A stretch of DNA of 64,000 bases from Candidatus Obscuribacteraceae bacterium (lineage in GTDB: Bacteria; Cyanobacteriota; Vampirovibrionia; Obscuribacterales; Obscuribacteraceae). The stretch lies in NCBI GenBank assembly GCA_044229845.1, contig JBGASG010000009.1, forward strand, positions 96,001 to 160,000, read 5' to 3'. This document shows, in pieces, positions 31,645-39,453 of this stretch (position 1 is the stretch's first letter; the number at the start of each line of letters is the position of its first letter). A program made the position numbers and the translations under genes. The notes below the pieces were generated by a model, which was given only the letters and a program-made list of their open reading frames with translations, was not told the DNA's origin and ran no database searches.

Positions 31645-32160
31645 ATGAAGAAGCAACTGGTCATGGGAATCAGTGCGACCGAAGCTGAAGCGAACGCGGT
31701 TGTTGAATCGCTTAAAACCGCCGGCTTTGCCACTGAAGACATTTCGGTTCTGATGAAAGAAGACGCCGTCAAACGCGATCTTAGCGACAGCACAATCCTC
31801 AAAGGCGCAACCAGAGGCGCTGAAGGTGGAGTGCTTGCAGGTGGAGCTATCGGCTTGTTGGCCGGTATCGGCTTGATCACCATTCCAGCGCTTGGACCGT
31901 TCATCGCTGCCGGTCCGTTGATGGCCGCCATCGCCGGTGCCGCCATGGGTGGTGCTTCGGGCGGATTGGGTGGTGCGCTTTTGGGCGTCACCATGCCAGA
32001 CCACCAGATCAAGCTCTATGAAAGCTTGCTGAAAGAAGGCAACGTTCTTTTGATTGTGCACACCGACAGCCCGGAAGAAGTAGACAAAGCCGAAGACATC
32101 ATGAAGTCCGGTGGAGTCAAAGACATCCACAAGACTACGCAAGCAGTCAAAGCCAAATAG
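31645..32160 (+). CDS. General stress membrane protein (YflT-like, glycine zipper)
   Basis: GFATEDISVL, IPALGPFIAAGPL, YESLLKEG. Confidence 0.8.
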   Translation: MKKQLVMGISATEAEANAVVESLKTAGFATEDISVLMKEDAVKRDLSDSTILKGATRGAEGGVLAGGAIGLLAGIGLITIPALGPFIAAGPLMAAIAGAAMGGASGGLGGALLGVTMPDHQIKLYESLLKEGNVLLIVHTDSPEEVDKAEDIMKSGGVKDIHKTTQAVKAK

Positions 32161-32183
32161 TTACGACAACTTTTGTGCAATAC

Positions 32184-32219
32184 GGGGAGGAGCGCGGTAT
32201 CGTCGCTCCTCTTTTCTTT
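32184..32219 (+). terminator. Intrinsic terminator
   Basis: GAGGAGCG/CGCTCCTC stem followed by a T-rich tail. Confidence 0.7.
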
Positions 32220-32384
32220 CGACCGCCGGAAGGTGCTGGTATCGCATCTGGTATCGCTCAGTTTATCTCCTGGCAAGCGTCATTAAGACAAGCTTGCGGC
32301 GGTCGTTTCTTGGCATGAAACGGTGCTAATGTCGAGGCTGGTTGCGATGCGGTGCGACCAACAATACCTGCGGGGGAAACCAAG

Positions 32385-33515
32385 ATGAATTGCCTGAGAA
32401 CTGTCTTGGCTGTTTCGACAGCGTTGGTCTGCACATTGACATGCTCGCCTGCCCGCGCTCAGATCAACAATCCGCTTGACGAGCCGACGTTGCCTTCTTT
32501 CAAATTCGCACTCGGTCAGCAAAAGCCGCGCATGTTCAACGGCGGATCGGCGCAGGAAGCAACCATCAAGAACTTTCCGGTTTCTCAGGGCATAGCCGGC
32601 GTGTTGATGAAACTCAAGCCCGGCGCTCTGCGCGAACTGCACTGGCACGCCAATGCGGCTGAGTGGGCTTACGTTATCAAAGGGCAGGTGCGCACCACTG
32701 TCATCGATCCGCAAGGGCGCAGCGAAGTGCTTGACTTTGGACCTGGGGACATCTGGTATTTCCCGCGTGGTCATGGACATTCGCTGCAAGGCATCGGCAC
32801 CGAGGAGTGCGAGTTCATGCTGGTATTCGATAACGGTGCCTTCTCTGATTTTGCCACGTTTAGTATTTCCGACTGGCTGGCGCAAACACCTCCGGAAGTG
32901 CTGGCGAAAAACTTCGGCGTCAACGCCGCCACGTTCAAGAACTTTCCGAAAAAGGAAGTGTATATCGCGCAGGGACCTGTGCCGGGACCGCTGCCGCAGT
33001 TTCCTGCCAAATTTACCGAACGTGTACCACCACTGACCCACAAATACAGACTGGGCGCGCAAAAAGGCGAAGAGCTCAACGGCTCGCATTTCCAGATGGC
33101 GTCCGCGAAGGAATTCCCGATCTCCACGACGATGACTGGTGCGGTGCAAACCTTACGTCCGCGAGCCCTGCGAGAATTGCACTGGCACCCGAACGCCAAT
33201 GAATGGCAGTACTACATCTCCGGACATGCACGCATGACGGTGTTTGGATCCGAAGGGCGTTCGAAGATGGAAGAATTCGGACCTGGCGATGTGGGTTATG
33301 TACCGCAGGGATACGGACATTACATCGAAAACACATCCGACTCGGAAGATTGTGTTTCGTTGATCATTCTAGATAGCGGCGACTATCAGGAAATCTCGCT
33401 GGCGCAGTGGATGCAGTCCAACACGCCTGAACTTCTGGAAACCAATTTTGGTATTCCGAAGAGCATCTTCGAATCGTTCCGCAAGAAGAACCCCAAAATC
33501 GTGGGCGGCGAATAA
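32385..33515 (+). CDS. Oxalate decarboxylase family bicupin
   Basis: Two RELHWH..EW cupin motifs, GHGHS and GYGHY; signal peptide. Confidence 0.9.
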   Translation: MNCLRTVLAVSTALVCTLTCSPARAQINNPLDEPTLPSFKFALGQQKPRMFNGGSAQEATIKNFPVSQGIAGVLMKLKPGALRELHWHANAAEWAYVIKGQVRTTVIDPQGRSEVLDFGPGDIWYFPRGHGHSLQGIGTEECEFMLVFDNGAFSDFATFSISDWLAQTPPEVLAKNFGVNAATFKNFPKKEVYIAQGPVPGPLPQFPAKFTERVPPLTHKYRLGAQKGEELNGSHFQMASAKEFPISTTMTGAVQTLRPRALRELHWHPNANEWQYYISGHARMTVFGSEGRSKMEEFGPGDVGYVPQGYGHYIENTSDSEDCVSLIILDSGDYQEISLAQWMQSNTPELLETNFGIPKSIFESFRKKNPKIVGGE

Positions 33516-33548
33516 CGTACGTTTTTCGCGTGTTGTTCGGTTGTGTAG

Positions 33549-34316
33549 TTAGCCCTTCTTGTCGCTGCGCTTCACGACGAAAACGATCAGCAAAATAATC
33601 GCAATCGGAACCAGCAAAAATCCGAGACCAACCACTACGACCAGCATCAGTCCCATACCGACGCCGAGGTTGTACCAGGGACCTTTGTCTTTGCCGGATG
33701 AGGACGAATCACTGTCTGAATCTGAGGCGGATGACGAGCTGTCACTGGATGATTTGCCTGATGCGGCTTTTTCTCCGGTGATTGGCGATGTCACATTGGC
33801 AGGATCTACTTCGAATGAGGAAAACAAAGATTTCCCTTCTTTCGATTGTGATGACGCATTCATCGCGATCGTGTAATAGACGCCTGAATCATCAACTTTA
33901 GCTACCAAAAGCGAGGAGTCGGGATCGTTTTCCTTGCTGTAGTCGTAAAGGTGCCCACTCCAACCGGGACCACTTACGTCTTCGCTGCGCGTGATCTGAC
34001 CACCCTTGCCCGTGATGCCGCCGCGGGCTCCGTCAGCGAATTTCTCGAATATCTCTTTGTCGTCCTGCAACTCGCAGGCGATCAAGCAGGCGTTGTGATC
34101 GTTCCCCTGTGACATGTAGTTTTGTGCGGTGCTGCCGCCCAGTTTTTGTTTCTTCACCTCGACTGGACCGGGCACCATCAATTTGAAGTCGCCATGCGGC
34201 GCACTGTACATCTGCCACTCGTCTTTAGAGAAACCCGGACAGGAGATGCTCGCAGCCAGAAAAGCTACAAGTGCAACTATCCGCAGCGCCAGCTGGCGAT
34301 GATTTTGCGCGCCCAT
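33549..34316 (-). CDS. Exported protein with Ser-rich linker and C-terminal membrane anchor
   Basis: Signal peptide; FKLMVPG..FSSF PsbP-like pattern; C-terminal hydrophobic stretch. Confidence 0.7.
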   Translation of the reverse strand: MGAQNHRQLALRIVALVAFLAASISCPGFSKDEWQMYSAPHGDFKLMVPGPVEVKKQKLGGSTAQNYMSQGNDHNACLIACELQDDKEIFEKFADGARGGITGKGGQITRSEDVSGPGWSGHLYDYSKENDPDSSLLVAKVDDSGVYYTIAMNASSQSKEGKSLFSSFEVDPANVTSPITGEKAASGKSSSDSSSSASDSDSDSSSSGKDKGPWYNLGVGMGLMLVVVVGLGFLLVPIAIILLIVFVVKRSDKKG

Positions 34317-34492
34317 GCGTCTACCTCAAAATTGTATCTATAAGGTAGCGGCCTGAACCAAGGTTGTCTAGCCAGGCGCTGGTTCGGGACCGCCTGGTCC
34401 CCGAATGGCGCGCCAGTGCCTAAAAAGGCTTGAACGAAACTTTTTGCGGCCGCCCGTGTATGGGTTTTTAGAGATTCCTGGAGGTACACTCG

Positions 34493-35041
34493 GTGCGCAC
34501 ATTATCAATACTTTGTTTGGCGGTCGCCAGCGCGGCAGTTCTAAATTCAACGGTAGCCACGTCACCATCGGAAGCCAGACGAGCATTTGCCCGCGGTGCG
34601 AATGGAACCGCCGGTGCCTGGGCCACGCAAGGACAGTACGGTTCGCGTTATGGCGCTCGTGTCTTGACGCCGACCGCCGGGGCTGGGTTTAGCAACAACA
34701 ATGTTGCCGGACCAAATGGCGGAACGTTTCAGAATCAGGGCAAGTTTGGCTATAAGCAGGGCGTCGGTGCTTTTCGCAAGAACAACTGGTCCGGAACTAC
34801 TCCAGCCGGCGGCAGCGCCAACGGCTATGTAAACAGTAAATATAACGCTCAGACGGGGCAGGGCACACGGCAAAGCGGTGCCGAGTACACCAACCCGCAG
34901 GGACAATCTTACGGATACGACGGTAACACCAGTTACACCAAAGGACAGGGTGGCACCACATCTGTCGACACCATGAATAACGGCACTTACAACGTCGATT
35001 GGCAAAAGGGGCAGAAACCGGTTGTCACCACGACGCCATAG
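34493..35041 (+). CDS. Secreted Gly/Thr/Asn/Tyr-rich hypothetical protein
   Basis: GGAGG RBS, signal peptide, terminator downstream. Confidence 0.7.
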   Translation: MRTLSILCLAVASAAVLNSTVATSPSEARRAFARGANGTAGAWATQGQYGSRYGARVLTPTAGAGFSNNNVAGPNGGTFQNQGKFGYKQGVGAFRKNNWSGTTPAGGSANGYVNSKYNAQTGQGTRQSGAEYTNPQGQSYGYDGNTSYTKGQGGTTSVDTMNNGTYNVDWQKGQKPVVTTTP

Positions 35042-35088
35042 ATAGACACACAAAGCTCATAAAGCTCACGCGGGGTGAAACGTGAGGC

Positions 35089-35124
35089 GCGGCCGCCTGG
35101 CTAAGAGGCGGCCGCATTTCTTTT
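35089..35124 (+). terminator. Intrinsic terminator
   Basis: GCGGCCGCCT/AGGCGGCCGC stem followed by ATTTCTTTT. Confidence 0.75.
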
Positions 35125-35142
35125 GTGCTTTTGCGCGGATTC

Positions 35143-35712
35143 TCAACTGGTTGCTGAAACTTGATGCAGCGGGCGCACCATGATTACGAAGTCGCGCCCC
35201 TGGTAATGGAAATCGCCGACAGTTTGCATGCCGACTTTTTCGTGGGCTTTCAGTGAACGCGGATTGCTCTTGCTGACCAGCGTGGTGATCAAATTGATGT
35301 GTGCGGGCAGAATTTTATAGACCTGCCCGTACATGAAATCAAATAATCCAGTGCCGCGTTTTTCCTTCGCTACACAAACCGGGCCGGCAATCACACATTC
35401 ATAAGTCGAGAGTGATTTGCGGTCGAATTGAATTCTTGAGAATTCTTCTATCATGGCTTTGGGCAGCGGATACGGCAGATTGAATTCCACACTGCCGATG
35501 CAAATGAAACCGACGACTTTGTCGTCGTCTACACCGACGAGAATGCCGACATCCTGATTCATTTCCGCGAACTGCTCTTCGGAAAAAGCACCGGAGAGGA
35601 AACCGTCTTTCTTTTGATCTTCGCTGAGGTTTGAAACCAGATTGAGGTCTTGCAGTGCGACCACACCGGCGAGGTCTTTAGTTGTTGCTTTGCGGCAAAT
35701 GGGTTCAGACAT
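35143..35712 (-). CDS. GNAT family acetyltransferase
   Basis: GPVCVAKEKRGTGLF, NPRSLKAHEKVG. Confidence 0.85.
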   Translation of the reverse strand: MSEPICRKATTKDLAGVVALQDLNLVSNLSEDQKKDGFLSGAFSEEQFAEMNQDVGILVGVDDDKVVGFICIGSVEFNLPYPLPKAMIEEFSRIQFDRKSLSTYECVIAGPVCVAKEKRGTGLFDFMYGQVYKILPAHINLITTLVSKSNPRSLKAHEKVGMQTVGDFHYQGRDFVIMVRPLHQVSATS

Positions 35713-35774
35713 GATTTGGTATTCTAACAACCTTTAGAAGATACGAAAGACATACGTGCAATCTGGAGGGTGCC

Positions 35775-36578
35775 ATGAAAACGGTGGCTATTATTGCGAC
35801 TTTCATGATGATGTTGCTGCTACCGGCAGCAGCCCACGCGCAAGACTGGGCGAAAGCACCACTCAACAAGTCCCCTCGGCATCTCGATTGGGTGACTGTC
35901 AAAAACGGCAAACGTGATGTCAAATGTTTCATCGCTTATCCACAAGTAAAAACCAAAGCGACGGCGGTGCTGGTGATTCATGAAATCTTCGGGCTCAGCG
36001 ATTGGGTAAGGAGCGTCACCGATCAGTTGGCTGCCGATGGCTACATCGCCATTGCCCCCGATCTCCTGTCCGGCACCGCCCCTGGTGGCGGAGGCACGGA
36101 TAAGTATGCGGACGTCGATGCTGTGCGCAAGGCGATTACATCTTTGCCTCAGAACCAAATCACTGGGGACTTGAATGCCGTCGCTGACTATGTGAGCAAA
36201 TTGCCGGCAGCGAACGGCAAACTTGTGGTGGGCGGCTTTTGCTGGGGCGGCGCCCAATCGTTTCAGTTTGCCGCCAATAACAAGAAGGTGAAGCAGGCGT
36301 TCGTCTTCTACGGCAGTCCACCCGCCGATGCGGACATGGCGCGAATCTCTGCACCGGTTTACGGTTTTTATGGCGAGAATGACGAGCGCATCAATGCGAC
36401 TATTCCAATGACTGCTACAACCATGAAGAAACTAGGCAAAGCCTACGAACCGAAGATTTATAAAGGCGCCGGCCATGGATTCATGCGGTCCGGTCAGGAT
36501 CCTGCTGGTTCGAAAGAAGACAAGAGTGCTCGCGAAGACGCCTGGAAGCGCTGGCGCGATTTGCTGAAAAAGTCCTGA
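35775..36578 (+). CDS. Dienelactone hydrolase family protein
   Basis: HEIFGL, APDL, GFCWGG, GAGHGF. Confidence 0.92.
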   Translation: MKTVAIIATFMMMLLLPAAAHAQDWAKAPLNKSPRHLDWVTVKNGKRDVKCFIAYPQVKTKATAVLVIHEIFGLSDWVRSVTDQLAADGYIAIAPDLLSGTAPGGGGTDKYADVDAVRKAITSLPQNQITGDLNAVADYVSKLPAANGKLVVGGFCWGGAQSFQFAANNKKVKQAFVFYGSPPADADMARISAPVYGFYGENDERINATIPMTATTMKKLGKAYEPKIYKGAGHGFMRSGQDPAGSKEDKSAREDAWKRWRDLLKKS

Positions 36579-36679
36579 TTCGAAGTTGCCAAGCCTTGAG
36601 GCGCTGCTGTCGATTGGGCACAAAGGAAGTAGCTCGGTCCCGGACGCTCACGCATGGCTACGCAAATTGAGGAACGGCA

Positions 36680-37270
36680 ATGACAGACAGAGGCGCTTTT
36701 GTTCGTTGGATTAACTTAGGTCTCCTGATTCCTGCTTTGCTGATTTTGACTCTCTCGGGTTGCTCCGTGCGTTCGCATGGCAGTTTGAAGGGCGTCAAGT
36801 TCGAGCCGTTCACTGTTAAAGGTGGACACTTCAAAGTGAGCATGCCTGGTAAACCGGAAGACAAAAGTACCTCCAGCCCTATGGGCACCAGCTCCAAGCG
36901 ATATTGCTGCGAAGACTCGGAAATTGCATTTATTGTCTCGGAAGACACGTTTCCGGCTCATATTGCTGCGGCTTTGAAAAACGGCACGCCCACCGTTGTG
37001 CAGAGCGGTCTTGATGGGGCATGTTCCAATTGCATGAAAGAGTTGAAGGCGAGCGAGACACAGCGGGCTGCGGTTGCTTTGGGTGGCGGCATGTATCCGG
37101 GACGGTCGATTGAAGGCACCATCTCCGAGCCGGTCAAAGGCAAGGTTCGTTATCGCTTTTATGTCGATTGCGCCAACGGGCGCATGTATACGGTCGGAGT
37201 TGCCGGCATCAAGTCTCGCACCGATCAGCCGGAAGTCGATACCTTCCTGTCCTCGCTGGTGATTTTCTAA
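36680..37270 (+). CDS. Putative lipoprotein, paralog of 1..477
   Basis: Lipobox LSGC; motifs shared with 1..477. Confidence 0.7.
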   Translation: MTDRGAFVRWINLGLLIPALLILTLSGCSVRSHGSLKGVKFEPFTVKGGHFKVSMPGKPEDKSTSSPMGTSSKRYCCEDSEIAFIVSEDTFPAHIAAALKNGTPTVVQSGLDGACSNCMKELKASETQRAAVALGGGMYPGRSIEGTISEPVKGKVRYRFYVDCANGRMYTVGVAGIKSRTDQPEVDTFLSSLVIF

Positions 37271-38566
37271 CTACTGGTTGCCACTAAAATTGGTGCCCTC
37301 CGGAGGATGCGGAGGCGGTCCTTGCATACCATCTGGTGGTGGTGGCATATTGCCACCGGGACCACTTGCACCACGGGGCGGACCACCACCGGGCGGACCA
37401 AATCCGCCACCACCGGGTGGACCAAATCCGCCACCACCGGGTGGACCAAATCCGCCACCACCGGGCGGACCGAATCCGCCACCACCGGGCGGACCGAATC
37501 CGCCACCACCGGGCGGACCGAATCCGCCACCGCCGGGCGGACCGAATCCGCCACCGCCGGGCGGACCGAATCCACCCATACCACCGGGTCCACCAGGTCG
37601 CAGGACACCGCGTCCTCGTTTCTCGAAGCTGGTGTCCGGAGTACCCTTGAAACCGCGCGGCACATAAGGATAAGCGGTGGTGATTACGTAATAGTAGGTT
37701 CCTTTCGGATACTCAGCGGTCACCCCGATTCGCCCGTTGCAATCATCGAGATCGCCCAACCCCGCCACGTACTCATAATCTTCAACAAACAATCCATTGA
37801 ACGAGCCGCCCGGGCCACCATTTCTAGTGCCCTTACGGACGCGATAGCTGGGCTTCAACTCCCTCATTTTGGAAGTCGGATCCTTGGCATTGGTGTTGCC
37901 GTAGGGCGCGTAAATCGGATAGCCGTCCGCCGCATACCCGAGCAATACGGGGCGCGGCATGCGCGCCAGATGTTTCAGCAATCCACTGGGTAAGCCATGA
38001 TAGTGGTAGGCCCCATTTGGTTGTACGTGGGCATTGTTTTCGTCCAATCCCAGTCGTGCACCAAGCGCCATTGCTTCGTATTGCCAACCTGAAAATGGAT
38101 TACCCTGCCACCACTCTGCAGCACCAGGATCAAATGGAACTCCATTCAACGCCACGCCAAACAGATTCATACGCAAAGGAGTTGTCGCCGTCGCGAATTG
38201 CGGATTAGCCGGCATGTGAAAACTGTAGTTCTGTTCGCTAATCGTGTTCGGGTTTCCTGGATTTGGAAATGCACCGGTGATGTGATTGGGTATGCCGTTG
38301 GACGTGATAATGCGCAGGTTGCCCTGCACTGACATGTGGACGTTCGGGCTGGCAGCATATGCAGGCGACATGACCCAATCGAGCATCTTGTTCAGATTGA
38401 ACGCATCGCTTTCGTTGCCTGCTTTTTTGTGTTGATGTTTGTGTTTGTGTTTCGACGGTATCGTGGTGCTGTCTTCAACATCGTAATGGGCCTGCGCCGC
38501 CGGCATACCCGCCAACGCAGCCGTCGTTAATCCTGCGACTACAACTATCAAACGGTTCCATTTCAT
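37271..38566 (-). CDS. Secreted YHYH-domain protein with Gly/Pro repeat tail
   Basis: SNGIPNH, GVALNGVPF, NAHVQPNGAYHYH, ADGYPIY, DLDDCNGR. Confidence 0.92.
   Translation of the reverse strand: MKWNRLIVVVAGLTTAALAGMPAAQAHYDVEDSTTIPSKHKHKHQHKKAGNESDAFNLNKMLDWVMSPAYAASPNVHMSVQGNLRIITSNGIPNHITGAFPNPGNPNTISEQNYSFHMPANPQFATATTPLRMNLFGVALNGVPFDPGAAEWWQGNPFSGWQYEAMALGARLGLDENNAHVQPNGAYHYHGLPSGLLKHLARMPRPVLLGYAADGYPIYAPYGNTNAKDPTSKMRELKPSYRVRKGTRNGGPGGSFNGLFVEDYEYVAGLGDLDDCNGRIGVTAEYPKGTYYYVITTAYPYVPRGFKGTPDTSFEKRGRGVLRPGGPGGMGGFGPPGGGGFGPPGGGGFGPPGGGGFGPPGGGGFGPPGGGGFGPPGGGGFGPPGGGGFGPPGGGPPRGASGPGGNMPPPPDGMQGPPPHPPEGTNFSGNQ
37383..37574. repeat. 8 x 24-bp coding tandem repeat (GGFGPPGG)
   Basis: Unit CCACC[A/G]CCGGG[C/T]GGACC[A/G]AATCCG; copies counted directly. 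Confidence 0.95.
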
Positions 38567-38602
38567 CGGTACATGATATCCGATTCTCCAGCGCAATCTT
38601 TG

Positions 38603-39328
38603 CTATTGCGGACCCTCCGTAAGCGAGAGGCGATATTTCGCGTCCAGCGGCTGGTCCGAGAAACGATGAATGTAGCCCGATCCACCCAGACGCGGCGGTC
38701 TGATGCTGGTTTTGTAGTACTTGGCTGCAGATTCCGGCCGCCCCATTGCCTCATAGGCTGCTCCCAGGTAATAGTCGGGTGCGCCGTAGTAATTGGCTGG
38801 CAGTTCTCCCGGCAATGCCGGTGCAAACACGAGCTGTTTGCAGGTCGCCAGATCGCTCAGCGCCGAAGTTGGTCGATCCATTTCCAACAGCAGCTTCCCG
38901 CGTGCCAGATGCGCGTCGCCCGAAAGCGGATTGAGCTGAATCGCGCGATCAAAATCTTGCCGCGCTTTTTCGAAGTTTTTCTGATCCATGTAGCAAATGC
39001 CTCGCTCGGTATAGGCGGCGGCGTATGACGGATCGGTTTCGATCAGTTTCGATAGATCGGCGATAGCACTTGTGGTGCAACCGATCGTGCCGTAGAGATA
39101 ACCGCGTAGATACAAGGCGCGTTTGTGATGGGGAGTGGATTTCAGAATAGCGTTAGTCGATGTGAATACGCTGATCAGCTGGTTTCCAACTTCAGTCTTT
39201 TTCGCAGTTTCTGCCCATGAATTCATGGTCGCTATGTCGGTCGCCGTCTGCTGCGCCTTTGCACCAGTCGTGACTGCAACTAATAAAGCAACGCCGCATA
39301 CTGTTGATCTAAATGTAGTGCTCCTCAT
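38603..39328 (-). CDS. Secreted TPR protein
   Basis: Signal peptide; AYTERGICY..FDRAIQLNP TPR repeats. Confidence 0.85.
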   Translation of the reverse strand: MRSTTFRSTVCGVALLVAVTTGAKAQQTATDIATMNSWAETAKKTEVGNQLISVFTSTNAILKSTPHHKRALYLRGYLYGTIGCTTSAIADLSKLIETDPSYAAAYTERGICYMDQKNFEKARQDFDRAIQLNPLSGDAHLARGKLLLEMDRPTSALSDLATCKQLVFAPALPGELPANYYGAPDYYLGAAYEAMGRPESAAKYYKTSIRPPRLGGSGYIHRFSDQPLDAKYRLSLTEGPQ

Positions 39329-39364
39329 TTCGGTTGCCCTCCTAGCACAGAGCGTCATGCCAAC

Positions 39365-39410
39365 CATCCTAGGAAATGGCTGTGTGGTCACTGTGTAAAT
39401 TGTGGAGAGA
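39365..39410 (-). promoter_or_regulatory. Putative response-regulator box plus -10 element
   Basis: TCTCCACAATT ... CCTAGGATG on the minus strand; same 34-nt offset as at 42370..42413. Confidence 0.65.
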
Positions 39411-39453
39411 AAGTGAGGATTGCCGCCAAACTTAACACCGCTAAAATAGAGCG

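Noticed and set aside
32236..32257. CTGGTATCGC direct repeat upstream of the oxalate decarboxylase
   Set aside because: Only two copies and no other supporting site seen.
37383..37574. Regular repeats as a possible CRISPR array
   Set aside because: Contiguous coding repeats with no spacers, and no cas genes in the window.
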